Shown here in pieces: positions 1 to 9,784 of a stretch of 64,000 nt of DNA (position 1 is the stretch's first letter; every line of letters begins with the position of its first letter). This stretch comes from Candidatus Omnitrophota bacterium (GTDB taxonomy: Bacteria > Omnitrophota > Gorgyraeia > Duberdicusellales > 4484-171). The translations under genes were made by a program, and so were the position numbers. A model generated the notes under the pieces. It was given only the letters and a program-made list of their open reading frames with translations, was not told the DNA's origin and did no database searches. Where the stretch lies: NCBI GenBank assembly GCA_024231025.1, contig JAAEQW010000111.1, positions 11,055 through 75,054 of the forward strand, in the 5' to 3' direction.

Positions 1-357
1 AGGTTCTTCCCCGTAGGAACAACCACACGACCAACAACGAATCGCCTCCCGCGCAAAACCCACTCTAGACTCTATTAGACTAGGTACACACACTTTCTCA
101 AAAACGCAAAAAACTTCAGGATCACGAAAAAACTCTGAAACGTTTATGCTGAGATTATCTAAGAACTTATCCCATTCACTGGGATCTTTTTTTAAAACTG
201 CTGTATATTCAGTTAGATCGCTTACCTTCGTTGCAAGAAACCTAGCTGCCAATCTTCGCGCAATAAAAGAACGCCGATAAAAACCAAGGGCAATGTCTCT
301 GCGCTTCTTCGCTAAAGAGATAAATAAGCTAATGTCATCCTGCGATATGGAACTCAT
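1..357 (-). CDS. cheR: Chemotaxis protein methyltransferase CheR, N-terminal part (C-terminus beyond window start)
   Basis: Hand translation of the minus strand from the ATG at 355-357 gives MSSISQDDISLF...SINVSEFFRDPEVF...IRCWSCGCSYGEEP. These are the CheR N-terminal helical domain and the start of the SAM-binding motif. No stop codon before the window edge. Confidence 0.7.
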   Translation of the reverse strand, partial: MSSISQDDISLFISLAKKRRDIALGFYRRSFIARRLAARFLATKVSDLTEYTAVLKKDPSEWDKFLDNLSINVSEFFRDPEVFCVFEKVCVPSLIESRVGFAREAIRCWSCGCSYGEEP

Positions 358-377
358 TTTTCAGCTTTATCACTTTT

Positions 378-644
378 CTAATGCTGTGGTCTGGCTTTAA
401 CCGCACCGAACGCTACAATAATTTCTTTTATAACATCCGCCTTGAATTGCACTTCCAATTCAGATAGCTTTGTATAAAGCCTTCCTTTTTCAGTTACAAC
501 ATACTTTGGAGGCAGCTTATTCAAAGCTAGCGCTAATACATCATGTTTGCACTTTTCGCATTTACATGAATCCTCCATATCTACAAGTACCTCGTCTAAA
601 ACGTCACTAACAATATCCTCCATATAATTATGCACTTCGGTCAT
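378..644 (-). CDS. ComFB-like small Cys-motif protein (88 aa)
   Basis: CKCEKCKHDVLALALNKLPPKYV motif as I recall for the late-competence ComFB family. It is homologous to the N-terminal domain of the CheR at 3279..4370 and sits between cheA and the partial cheR. Confidence 0.6.
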   Translation of the reverse strand: MTEVHNYMEDIVSDVLDEVLVDMEDSCKCEKCKHDVLALALNKLPPKYVVTEKGRLYTKLSELEVQFKADVIKEIIVAFGAVKARPQH

Positions 645-769
645 GTTCTTCTCCTGGTATAATCTTCAGGCACAACCTTGTTATGATTACACCTGATTCC
701 ATAGATTCAATATCGATTACAAAGATTAATTGCTCTATCGCTGTAATCTTACCCAAATAATACTATATA

Positions 770-2689
770 CTATTTTACATTAACTATGTCTAAAATCAAG
801 ACTACTCTTCCATCACCCAAAATAGTCGCACCAGCAACACCTTTTACCTTCTTAACAAATGACCCCAACGGCTTTACAACAACGTCTTGTTCTCCAATGA
901 CTTTATCGACTACTAGCCCCATATTCTTTACCCTTCCTTCAACTATAACAACTGATATTTGCCCATCTTCAGACGGAGTTGTTTCAATCTCCAGTTCCTT
1001 ACCCAAACGCACGATGGGTATAATCTCATCACGCAAACGAATAACTTCCGCGTCCTTAATCGGCTTAATCTCGTCTTCGCTTACTTTTACAGTCTCTCTA
1101 ATATTCATTAGAGGTATCGCATAAATATCTTTACCCATAACAACCATCATTGCCTTGATGATTGCTAAAGTCAGAGGTAAAGTTAGAATAAAGGTCGTTC
1201 CCTTACCTTTTTGGCTTTCAAGCTCTAGGCGACCGCCTATGACTTCTAGCTTGTTTCTGACGATATCTAGACCAACTCCACGACCCGATACATCAGTTAT
1301 TTCCTTAGCGGTTGAAAAACCCGGAGCAGTAAGAACATCTAGTACTTTGTCAGAATCAATTCCACTAGTTTCATCAATAGAAATTATTCCTCGTTCTTGG
1401 CCCTGGTGCAAAATTTTTTCAAAATCCATGCCTTTGCCATTATCCGAAACTTCTACAACGATGTGCCCCTTCTGCCTAGAAACATCTATCGCAATCTTAC
1501 CCTTAGGGTTTTTACCGGCCCTGGTTCTTTCTTGCGGCGACTCTATTCCATGATCAATCGCATTACGTATGAGATGAATCAACGGATCACCAACCTCATC
1601 TAAGATGATTCTATCCAGTTCAATTTCGCTACCCGATATTTCAAGATCAACACTCTTTCCTATCTTCTTTGATAGATCACGAATTAATCTAGGAAAATTA
1701 TCTAAAACAAATGATACCGGAAGTAATCTCAATTTTAAAGCTTCCTCCTGCAATGAAGCCACCAATCGTTCCAAGAAATGAGTGGTCTCCTCTAATCTAG
1801 CATGATCTTTAGTTTGAACAATTTGCACGAGTCGACTTTTTGCTATGGATAATTCTCCCATCAAGTTCATAATTTTATCCAAACGCTCAACAGGAATCCG
1901 CATGCTTTGAATCTTTTTAAGCATCGGATTAGCGCCTTTTTTGCCCTTGCTGGGTTCTGGATCATAAACAGAAACTTTAGCCTCATCTACTTCTAGTATT
2001 CTCGACAATTCTTCGGTTACAAATTTCTCATTTTTGTCGGTTAAAATAACAAATTTAAAATTTAACTCAAAATTCTCGTTCTTTAAATCATCCTCAGACG
2101 GAGTAACGCCGGCAATCTGACCAAAATCTTTTGCCCTATTTAAAACTAAAAAGGCGCGCACTCCTTTCATTGAGCAGGCTTCATTGAAAACCATTTCTAC
2201 AGAAAAAAGATTATTATTCTTATCGACCAGTTTTTTCAAACGGTCGACTTCATCACCAGTTTCCACTTTACCCTTGGATGTTTTTTTAAGCGACTGGTGA
2301 GATATGGTCTCCCCCGCAGGAAGAATGTTTTTGATTCGTTTTATATAATCAGTAACTTTTAGAGAAACTCCTTTGTCTTCTTTTATTTGTTCAGTTAAGG
2401 TAGCAAAGGCATCGGCACTCTCAAAAATTACATCCATAACCGCTGAAGTTAATTTCAATCTCTTCCTTCTGAATCCATCGAAAACATCTTCTAGAGCATG
2501 TGCGAGGTCGGCTAAATCATCATAGCGCATGGTAGCCGCCATACCTTTTAGGGTATGCATAAGGCGGAAAATGGTATTGATTGCTTCATCATCATTAGGA
2601 TTCTTCTCTAATTGAACCAAGGCCTTGTTGGTTTCTCTTAGATACTCTTGAGACTCCGCAAAAAATAAATCGCGATAACTTTTATCCAT
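770..2689 (-). CDS. cheA: Chemotaxis histidine kinase CheA
   Basis: N-terminal HPt (MHTLKGMAATM), HATPase_c G-boxes (DNGKGMD, GRGVGLDIV, GKGTTF) and a C-terminal CheW-like domain. Confidence 0.9.
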   Translation of the reverse strand: MDKSYRDLFFAESQEYLRETNKALVQLEKNPNDDEAINTIFRLMHTLKGMAATMRYDDLADLAHALEDVFDGFRRKRLKLTSAVMDVIFESADAFATLTEQIKEDKGVSLKVTDYIKRIKNILPAGETISHQSLKKTSKGKVETGDEVDRLKKLVDKNNNLFSVEMVFNEACSMKGVRAFLVLNRAKDFGQIAGVTPSEDDLKNENFELNFKFVILTDKNEKFVTEELSRILEVDEAKVSVYDPEPSKGKKGANPMLKKIQSMRIPVERLDKIMNLMGELSIAKSRLVQIVQTKDHARLEETTHFLERLVASLQEEALKLRLLPVSFVLDNFPRLIRDLSKKIGKSVDLEISGSEIELDRIILDEVGDPLIHLIRNAIDHGIESPQERTRAGKNPKGKIAIDVSRQKGHIVVEVSDNGKGMDFEKILHQGQERGIISIDETSGIDSDKVLDVLTAPGFSTAKEITDVSGRGVGLDIVRNKLEVIGGRLELESQKGKGTTFILTLPLTLAIIKAMMVVMGKDIYAIPLMNIRETVKVSEDEIKPIKDAEVIRLRDEIIPIVRLGKELEIETTPSEDGQISVVIVEGRVKNMGLVVDKVIGEQDVVVKPLGSFVKKVKGVAGATILGDGRVVLILDIVNVK

Positions 2690-2834
2690 GTTTAAAAGAT
2701 TCTACAGCTTTAAGAGGAATTTCCAAACCATTGGGGTTAGGAAGTAAGAAAAATTACCTATCAATAAGGAGCCCTCTCCAATTATTTTAGGGACATCTTC
2801 TACGGGAAGGAGCATCACCTCAAAAGCACAAACC

Positions 2835-3227
2835 TCAGCTCTCTTTGGTGCCTTCACCTAGGACTTTAGCAATAACTTCTAATAGTTTCTCGGCGGTAAA
2901 AGGTTTAACAACGAAGTCTTTGGCCCCACAGGTTAAAGATTCCTCCACCAACCTTCGTTCTGCCAGAGCAGAAACGATAATAATATTAGCCGCAGGGTCC
3001 TCGCCTGTTATTTGCTTAACTGCAGTTATGCCATCCATTTCTTCCATTTTTGGCATAACAATGTCCAACGTAACTAAATCAGGTTTTAGATCTCGATATT
3101 GCTCAACCCCTTCCAGGGCATTAGCCGCCTCTCCACAAACCTCAAAACCCGCTTTAATTACAATATCCTTTATTAAATTGCGCATAAACAGCGCGTCATC
3201 AATGATTAGAACACGTTTTCCTTCCAT
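2835..3227 (-). CDS. cheY: Chemotaxis response regulator CheY
   Basis: 130-aa single REC domain: VLIIDDALFMR...DLVTLDIVMPKMDG...VKPF. Confidence 0.85.
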   Translation of the reverse strand: MEGKRVLIIDDALFMRNLIKDIVIKAGFEVCGEAANALEGVEQYRDLKPDLVTLDIVMPKMEEMDGITAVKQITGEDPAANIIIVSALAERRLVEESLTCGAKDFVVKPFTAEKLLEVIAKVLGEGTKES

Positions 3228-3278
3228 AATTACTTATTATACCTCCCAAGATACCCTCTCACAAGCAAAAAATACCAA

Positions 3279-4370
3279 CTACACCGTGATTTTTTGATAA
3301 ATTCGGCTGTGATTTTGGGTCTCTTTAAATACTAGCCTTGCTTCAGGAACTAGATTCTCAGTTTCACCTATTATGAGATACCCTCCTTCACGCAAGGAAC
3401 GATAAAATCTATCCACAATCTGCTCTTGTAATGGCTTTGTGAAATATATGAATACGTTTCGACATAGAATTATATCTACGTCATTAATAAATTCCGATGA
3501 TGTAAGATCAAGGTACTTGAATTCTATTAATTCTTTAATTTCATCTTTTACATAATACTTGCCATTTTCAAAAGAAAAATAAGTATCAAAACTAAACGGA
3601 AAATACCCCTTCAAAACATTTCGCAATGCCGCCATCGAATCGTAAACACCTCCTCGAGCGCGCTTAAGGCTGTCCTTGTCGATATCTGTTCCGTATATTT
3701 CCAATGAGGTTTGTCTATTATTTACCTCTTGAGCAAGTATCGCTAAAGAATAAGGTTCTTCTCCTCTAGCGCACCCAGCACTCCAAAGCACAACGGGCTT
3801 TTTTCTTTCGTTATTCTCATCTACAATTTTCTCTAGCAAATCACCAACACTCTTCCATACATACGGATCACGAAAGAATTCAGAAACATTGATAGTTAAC
3901 GCTTCAAAAAGTTTTTCATATTCACCCGGGTTATCCGCTAAAACTGTCAAATACTGCGCATAAGACTTGGCATTATTAGCAACAAGACGCAATGCCAAGC
4001 GCCTTTTAAGAATACTTTTGCGGTATTGGCTGAAGTCCACTCCACGAATATCTCTAATTTTAACAATAAGATTTTCTAAGGCTTGTTCCTTGTCTTCTTC
4101 AACTGGATGAGGTAGGTTTGCATTAACGCTGTCTATCGCACCGCTAATCCTGCTGAACATATTCTGCAAGTACTTTTGGGTAACTTCTCTTTCTACTTTT
4201 CTATAGCTAGGGTCATCTTCATCGATGTAAATCGGATCAAAATCTGCGAGAAGGCACTGCAGCATTGCTGCTTTGCACTTCTCGCAGGTACAAATATCAA
4301 ATCGCAAAGCTAAACTTCTTTCTAGAAAGTATTTAAAAACTTCCTCTAAAACATTCTTAGGGTTTCCCAT
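3279..4370 (-). CDS. cheR: CheR methyltransferase with N-terminal ComFB-like domain (fusion)
   Basis: The N-terminal ~70 aa (DICTCEKCKAAMLQCLLADFDPIYI) parallel the stand-alone ORF at 378..644. These are followed by CheR motifs GVDFSQYRKSILKRRLALRL, SEFFRDP and LWSAGCARGEEPYSLAIL. Confidence 0.85.
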   Translation of the reverse strand: MGNPKNVLEEVFKYFLERSLALRFDICTCEKCKAAMLQCLLADFDPIYIDEDDPSYRKVEREVTQKYLQNMFSRISGAIDSVNANLPHPVEEDKEQALENLIVKIRDIRGVDFSQYRKSILKRRLALRLVANNAKSYAQYLTVLADNPGEYEKLFEALTINVSEFFRDPYVWKSVGDLLEKIVDENNERKKPVVLWSAGCARGEEPYSLAILAQEVNNRQTSLEIYGTDIDKDSLKRARGGVYDSMAALRNVLKGYFPFSFDTYFSFENGKYYVKDEIKELIEFKYLDLTSSEFINDVDIILCRNVFIYFTKPLQEQIVDRFYRSLREGGYLIIGETENLVPEARLVFKETQNHSRIYQKITV

Positions 4371-4388
4371 AGTTGTAAAATACTTCTT

Positions 4389-4622
4389 CTATCTTGCCTG
4401 ATTTAATTCATATAAGCTAAGAGCTATGCTAAAAAGTAAACACATTACAGAAAAAAATAGTACTTCTTTATAATTTATTCCAAAAGCAATCCGCGAAACA
4501 CTCAAAATCCTCAAGCCAATACCAACAACAAAACTTACAAAAGCCATCGCGATAAAAAAATCATCACCAACACTGTACACGCTTTTCATAATACCCCCCC
4601 CCTTTTTCTGGTTATTAAACAA
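4389..4622 (-). CDS. Small two-TM membrane protein (paralog of 36502..36732); probable true start at internal ATG 4587-4589 (MKSVYS...)
   Basis: Two predicted hydrophobic helices. About 85% identical to the ORF at 36502..36732. A G9 homopolymer lies immediately 5' of the internal ATG. Confidence 0.5.
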   Translation of the reverse strand: MFNNQKKGGGIMKSVYSVGDDFFIAMAFVSFVVGIGLRILSVSRIAFGINYKEVLFFSVMCLLFSIALSLYELNQAR

Positions 4623-4656
4623 CTTCTCGCCTAAACAAACTACACCTTAGCTTACC

Positions 4657-5193
4657 CTAATATAAATAAGTCGTCAATGTAATAGTTGCCTGCTGTCTTG
4701 GCAAAATGCTCTCACCGCGTTCAATCGCTACGCGATCAACAGAAATAACTGTTGTCAAATTCATTAGATCCCGCAAAAAAGAGACTATTTTAACAAACTC
4801 TCCTTCAAACTTCATTCTCACAGCAACCGCTCGAGCCTGTGATGACTCTTGCACAAAGCCTTGTACGGGCTGTTTATCAGCATAGTTGAATTCTATACCC
4901 TTAAATCTATTATTTGTGCCTAAAAGAGTTATCTTTTCCAACATGTTCAAAATTCCTTGCTCATCATGAGGAATCATTTCATCAACATAAGATGACGCCT
5001 CTTCTAATTCATCAATGTCTTTTTGAAGTTTCTCTATTCTTTTTTCTGCATGTCGCGCCTCTTCGATTCTATCTTTTTTTTGAGATATTTCATTCTTTAG
5101 GCGAGATATTTTTACGAATTCTAATACAAAAAAAAGAGCAAACAAAAAAATTGTTAAACCGATCGCTCCGACTATAAGCTTAAAACTTTTCAT
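4657..5193 (-). CDS. PilO-like type IV pilus assembly protein
   Basis: N-terminal TM anchor followed by a coiled-coil, with the size and position (downstream of pilM-pilN) typical of PilO. Confidence 0.5.
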   Translation of the reverse strand: MKSFKLIVGAIGLTIFLFALFFVLEFVKISRLKNEISQKKDRIEEARHAEKRIEKLQKDIDELEEASSYVDEMIPHDEQGILNMLEKITLLGTNNRFKGIEFNYADKQPVQGFVQESSQARAVAVRMKFEGEFVKIVSFLRDLMNLTTVISVDRVAIERGESILPRQQATITLTTYLY

Positions 5194-7013
5194 TCTTTAC
5201 CAACCTTAATCAATTCTGCATATATAGAAAAAAATCTTTCCCGCTGCTGCGTTAGCAAAACTCCTTGGTCTCCATCAACTGATGGTTGGATGCTCCCCAT
5301 TTCCGGCACATTTACACTCACAGCCTCAAACATATTACTTTTTTCCAATTTTTCTGTAAAACGTTCAGCCAACTCAACTGCCTTACCGTAGTCGGCAAAA
5401 CAAATCACATCCATATTCACAATGTAATTCTGGTCCAAAACCTCTGATGCTTTTTTCTTACTGGGAGGACGACGCCTACGCGATCTCGAAACAGGCGCAC
5501 TTACAACCTTAGGAGATAGAGTAAATTTTTTAAGTGTAGCATCTATCGGTGTAGCTTTTGCCACTTCCTCTAAGACAGACGCCATATCCAAACGTTTATC
5601 CAAAATATTACGCACTTCCTTTAGGCGATCATCAATATTACGTCGTTGCTGCTTTTTCTGGTCCAACATGGTGATTATCTTTTCAGATTTTTTTACCTCT
5701 AGATCCAAAGTGATTATCGTTCTAGAAAGCAATCGATTGTCTATATAGACCTTGAGCCATCCTAAAAAGGTGAAAGAAAGTATAATTATGCCAATAATTA
5801 TAAGCCCCAATTGTTTTTGTACGGCCCCTCTCTGCTTTTTCATATCCTCGGGCAAAAAGTCGATCGTCTCTTTCCTCTTCTTTACCAAAGGAATACTTAC
5901 GGCAAGCGATGTCGCAGCAGCAAACAGCGGTGTTTCTTCTTGTGAAAAACTGTCTTGAGCGCTCTGTGGCGCTTTCTCAATATTTTGAAAAGGAAAAAGA
6001 GGCTGACAGTCACCGCCGATATCCTTAACTAGAACTGGTGCCAGACCTTTAATTGTTGCAACACCACCAAGAAGAAAGACACTGTCAACACGCGAACCAT
6101 GGGTTTGATCACGATAATAAATTAATGTTCTACGAACCTCATTCGTTATTCTATCAATTTCTGTATTCCAAAGCATTCGAAGCTCTAACAAGTTTATTTG
6201 GCTATCACCGTCGGCGTTCACAGAAGCCTCATATTTCTGACGCATGATTTCTTCAGCCACTTTAACTTTGTCCTTAAGATTAATATCTACTTCTGGAACA
6301 CCTTTATCTTTTATTGTTTTTTCGACCACGCTGGCTTCGACCCCAAGAGCCCCAGCTATATGCGTGATAATATCTTTTAAACCAAATTTAATATTTCTAT
6401 AAAAATGTAATTTTCCCTTCTTAGCAATAGCAATATCTATAGACTCATGACCGATATCAACAAAAGCACTATCCTTATTTAAAAAATCAGATTCTTTATA
6501 AAATAAATTCGCCACGCTATAACAAGTAGGGCTAATTAGCGCTAACCTTACGCCTTCAAAACGATTAAAAATTTCAAAAATATTTTCGATACAGTCATTC
6601 TCGGTTTTAATTATTAAAACTTCATAACGAGCAATCTTACCCACCATAACTTCACCCAATAGCACATATTCAAAAATACTATCAGGCCCAGGCGTAGGAA
6701 CCATCTTCTTTCTTGCCTCTGTAATCGCCGCTATCTCCAACTCTTTCTTGCTCATCTTAGGCAAGTCTATAACTAGAACCGTAACTAACGCAGACGGTAT
6801 GCTTATTGCGATATCAGCATCTTTTAATCTTTTGATTGATATTTTAGAAGAAATTTGATTGAAAAAATCTTCAACATCAATTTTTTTGGATGACTCTTTA
6901 GCAAATGAAAGAGGAAACAAAAAGTTATCCAACAAAACAGTTTTTTGCTTCTGTTCCATTGAAACAACCTTAACTAAACGCGAACCAATATCAATACCTA
7001 TTAATTCTGCCAT
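5190..7013 (-). CDS. pilM: PilM-PilN fusion protein (actin-like ATPase fold + TM + PilN-like domain)
   Basis: N-terminal IGIDIGSRLVKVV (PilM/FtsA-like), an internal TM LGLIIIGIIILSFTFLGWL, then a PilN-like coiled-coil region. Confidence 0.75.
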   Translation of the reverse strand: MAELIGIDIGSRLVKVVSMEQKQKTVLLDNFLFPLSFAKESSKKIDVEDFFNQISSKISIKRLKDADIAISIPSALVTVLVIDLPKMSKKELEIAAITEARKKMVPTPGPDSIFEYVLLGEVMVGKIARYEVLIIKTENDCIENIFEIFNRFEGVRLALISPTCYSVANLFYKESDFLNKDSAFVDIGHESIDIAIAKKGKLHFYRNIKFGLKDIITHIAGALGVEASVVEKTIKDKGVPEVDINLKDKVKVAEEIMRQKYEASVNADGDSQINLLELRMLWNTEIDRITNEVRRTLIYYRDQTHGSRVDSVFLLGGVATIKGLAPVLVKDIGGDCQPLFPFQNIEKAPQSAQDSFSQEETPLFAAATSLAVSIPLVKKRKETIDFLPEDMKKQRGAVQKQLGLIIIGIIILSFTFLGWLKVYIDNRLLSRTIITLDLEVKKSEKIITMLDQKKQQRRNIDDRLKEVRNILDKRLDMASVLEEVAKATPIDATLKKFTLSPKVVSAPVSRSRRRRPPSKKKASEVLDQNYIVNMDVICFADYGKAVELAERFTEKLEKSNMFEAVSVNVPEMGSIQPSVDGDQGVLLTQQRERFFSIYAELIKVGKE

Positions 7014-7026
7014 AATTTTGTATTAA

Positions 7027-8274
7027 TTATCCAACCATCTCCACCATCTGAAACATTGGCATAAAAATTGCAAGCGCTATTCCTCCAACAACAACACCCA
7101 TCACAACAATCATTATCGGCTCAAAAGCAGTAAACAACTTCTTTATTGTAGAGGATACTTCTCGGTCATAATATTCCGCAACCTTAGATGACGTTTTAAC
7201 CAGACTTCCTGACTGCTCACCAATCGCAACCATTCTAGTTACCATTGCCGGAAATTCACCAGTCACCTTTAACGATACGGCAAGTTTTTCACCAACGTTA
7301 ACTGAGTCTCTTGCCTTTGCTATGGCGTTCTCTATTCTACTATTACCTGCCGTTTTTCTCGCTATGTCGAGACAAGTAAGAAGGTTTATCCCCGCCCTAA
7401 AAGACAAAGCGAATGTATGCGCAAATCGTGAAAGAGCCACCTTACGCAACAAATCACCAAACAAAGGTATCTTCAGCTTTACACCGTCTACATTATAGCG
7501 CCCTTTTTCAGTTGCGTTATATGTTTTATATGCAAAAAATAATGCACCGATAGCTCCCATTATAACATACCAATAGTGACGAATGGCATAGCTTACCCCT
7601 AAAACAATTCGTGTCGGCAGTGGCAAATCGCTTCCCAATTGTTCGAATATCGGAGTAAACATCGGAATAACTTTTACAACTAATAGCACCACAACACCAA
7701 CCATTACCACAAAAAGAATTAAAGGATATATCGCCGCTTCTTTCATTTTAGCCTGAAGTTCCATTTGCCATTCTAAAAGAGCAACCAAATCGTCTAGCAC
7801 TTGCGCCAACTTTCCTGTAGCTTCCCCAGCACCAATGATCGCTCTATACAATTGCGAAAAACTATCAGGATGAAACGATAACGCTCCCTCCAACGAATCA
7901 CCGCTTTCGACACGATAGCGTATATCATCCATAACTCTTTGGATTTTATCATCCCCGGCCTCTCGCGCTAAATCTTTCAGTCCTTCTAAAAGCGGAAGTC
8001 CAGCATCTATCAAAGTAGCAAGCTGAAAAGTAATCCGCAACACTTCTCGAGGATGCAAGTTTGACGCCTTTTCTGAGCGCTTAGCCGTCTTAACCCCTTT
8101 TGCAACTTTAAAACTCGTAAGATAATAGCCTAAATTAGATAACTTATCTCCCAACTCAATATCGCTTTCTGCTAGCATATTACCCTTAACCATTTTACCT
8201 TTTTCGTCTCTAACTGTATAAAAATATCTCTTCATGATTTTATAATTCGCGCCAACTATAGGAATCCTGGGCAC
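7027..8274 (-). CDS. pilC: Type IV pilus inner-membrane platform protein PilC (GspF family)
   Basis: Duplicated T2SS-F domains and three TM segments. Confidence 0.85.
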   Translation of the reverse strand: MPRIPIVGANYKIMKRYFYTVRDEKGKMVKGNMLAESDIELGDKLSNLGYYLTSFKVAKGVKTAKRSEKASNLHPREVLRITFQLATLIDAGLPLLEGLKDLAREAGDDKIQRVMDDIRYRVESGDSLEGALSFHPDSFSQLYRAIIGAGEATGKLAQVLDDLVALLEWQMELQAKMKEAAIYPLILFVVMVGVVVLLVVKVIPMFTPIFEQLGSDLPLPTRIVLGVSYAIRHYWYVIMGAIGALFFAYKTYNATEKGRYNVDGVKLKIPLFGDLLRKVALSRFAHTFALSFRAGINLLTCLDIARKTAGNSRIENAIAKARDSVNVGEKLAVSLKVTGEFPAMVTRMVAIGEQSGSLVKTSSKVAEYYDREVSSTIKKLFTAFEPIMIVVMGVVVGGIALAIFMPMFQMVEMVG

Positions 8275-8725
8275 CGCTGCTACTGTTTATGGTCACTTCT
8301 ATCCTGCGTTCAGCTAAAATATTACCACCAGAGTCTATGACTCTTCCTCTGCCTTCAATTATTCTATCATTTCCTGACTTTACAACTCTAAACCTATGCC
8401 ACCCTCGCGAAGAAAAATCACTGTGCCAGCATGGGCTGCGGCTATCTTCATCAACGCAAGGAGCAGAAAGATCATAAAGAGGGTCAAGCGGATCCGAGTA
8501 TGGATCGGGCCACCATTGGGAACCACCAAAATCAGAATTTTCCCTTACTTCATATTTCCCCTCTTCCAAGCCTGCCTGGGCCAAATAGAAAGCTTCCATT
8601 TTCTTTTCCTGCAAAGATCGCACGTCAACCATATCCTCCCACAGAACCATAAGGCTACTGCCTAAAATACCAACAATAATCAACAGAAGAAAAGTTAATA
8701 ATAAAAGTTGCGCCTTTTTAATCAT
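8240..8725 (-). CDS. PilX-like pilus assembly protein (PilX_N domain)
   Basis: Signal anchor MIKKAQLLLLTFLLLIIVG, then AFYLAQAGLEEG resembling the PilX_N motif A.qaAEaGl. Confidence 0.45.
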   Translation of the reverse strand: MIKKAQLLLLTFLLLIIVGILGSSLMVLWEDMVDVRSLQEKKMEAFYLAQAGLEEGKYEVRENSDFGGSQWWPDPYSDPLDPLYDLSAPCVDEDSRSPCWHSDFSSRGWHRFRVVKSGNDRIIEGRGRVIDSGGNILAERRIEVTINSSSGAQDSYSWREL

Positions 8726-8729
8726 CTTG

Positions 8730-9296
8730 TTAATTTCTTGCCCTCACCATTGTTCTAATTACTATGTTCTGGTTGCCATAATCAGCCGGTTTATCCGGTC
8801 GGGCTCTTAAAACTGCGTTAACTCCAATTAAACCATTACCGTAATTAGTAAACATCGCGGTACCATCAAGAAGGTTCGCCGCAAAAACTGCCATATCGGT
8901 ATCGTCGGTTGTGCCACTGCGATAAACTATTGGAGTTTTTTGCTCAGGCACCCACGTTCCACCATCAACATGCCCAGGAACACTGTATATTTCATAACGC
9001 ACATAGGTGTCTCCGCTATTATTATTGTTAGTATCAACACGCATGCGAATCCTTGTTCCATTATCATAAAGGCGTATCCTCCTAAACCCTCCGCCGGAAT
9101 AAGCAAAACGAAGATCGTTAGAAAAAAATTCAACCAACCAACGTCCATCATGCATCACCGCCTGAGTCATAAATTGATCGGCCCATGAGCGCTGAATATT
9201 TATCGCAATGCGCGTAACCGAAACCATCAATAAACCAAAAATCGCTACACCAACAATGGTCTCAATTAAAGTAAAATTCTTATGTAACTTCTTCAT
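8730..9296 (-). CDS. Prepilin-type minor pilin/pseudopilin
   Basis: N-terminus MKKLHKN/FTLIETIVGVAIFGLLMV: class III leader, F+1, E+5 and a hydrophobic helix. Confidence 0.6.
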   Translation of the reverse strand: MKKLHKNFTLIETIVGVAIFGLLMVSVTRIAINIQRSWADQFMTQAVMHDGRWLVEFFSNDLRFAYSGGGFRRIRLYDNGTRIRMRVDTNNNNSGDTYVRYEIYSVPGHVDGGTWVPEQKTPIVYRSGTTDDTDMAVFAANLLDGTAMFTNYGNGLIGVNAVLRARPDKPADYGNQNIVIRTMVRARN

Positions 9297-9322
9297 ATTA
9301 ACTCTTCAGCCGCCTCTATCAA

Positions 9323-9784
9323 TTAAAAATTAGTAATCAAGGTATTAAAAGTTACCGATTTTTCTTGCTTTTGCCCATCCCAATATACCACCACTTCAAT
9401 ATGCGCTACATCTGTAAACTCTACATCAAGAAAAGTCTCCCGATCAGCATAGAAAGGGCAAGTTACATCTACTGAACGCTGAAAATCAGCAAAACCAGCT
9501 ACCGGAGCTTTTAGTTCATCCGGAGGTATCACCAAAGAATAAGGCGGCCCACTCTCGGGAGGATTATTAGCTGTAAACAATGCCGCATAACTATCGGTTG
9601 ACAATTCTTCCATTTTTTCCTGAGCCAAAAAACAGGCAATTGTATACATCCTGTTGCTTCGATCGTAAAGCTGACCCTGATGAAATAAGCGCAACATAAA
9701 AACTGCGATCATCGAGATCAAAGCAATCGAGAGAGCCACCTCAATAAGTGAAATATTTTTTTTCTGCAATTGCATACTATTCAC
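9323..9784 (-). CDS. Prepilin-type minor pilin/pseudopilin
   Basis: N-terminus ...QKKN/ISLIEVALSIALISMIAVFML with E at +5. Confidence 0.5.
   Translation of the reverse strand: MNSMQLQKKNISLIEVALSIALISMIAVFMLRLFHQGQLYDRSNRMYTIACFLAQEKMEELSTDSYAALFTANNPPESGPPYSLVIPPDELKAPVAGFADFQRSVDVTCPFYADRETFLDVEFTDVAHIEVVVYWDGQKQEKSVTFNTLITNF

Noticed and set aside
786-3297. Several 60-150-aa ORFs antisense to cheA and cheY (786..1124, 1155..1553, 1397..1603, 2845..3297)
   Set aside because: They are fully embedded in strongly supported genes on the opposite strand. Their low-complexity S/T/P-rich translations are typical of antisense frames. The same applies to the other short antisense ORFs throughout the track.
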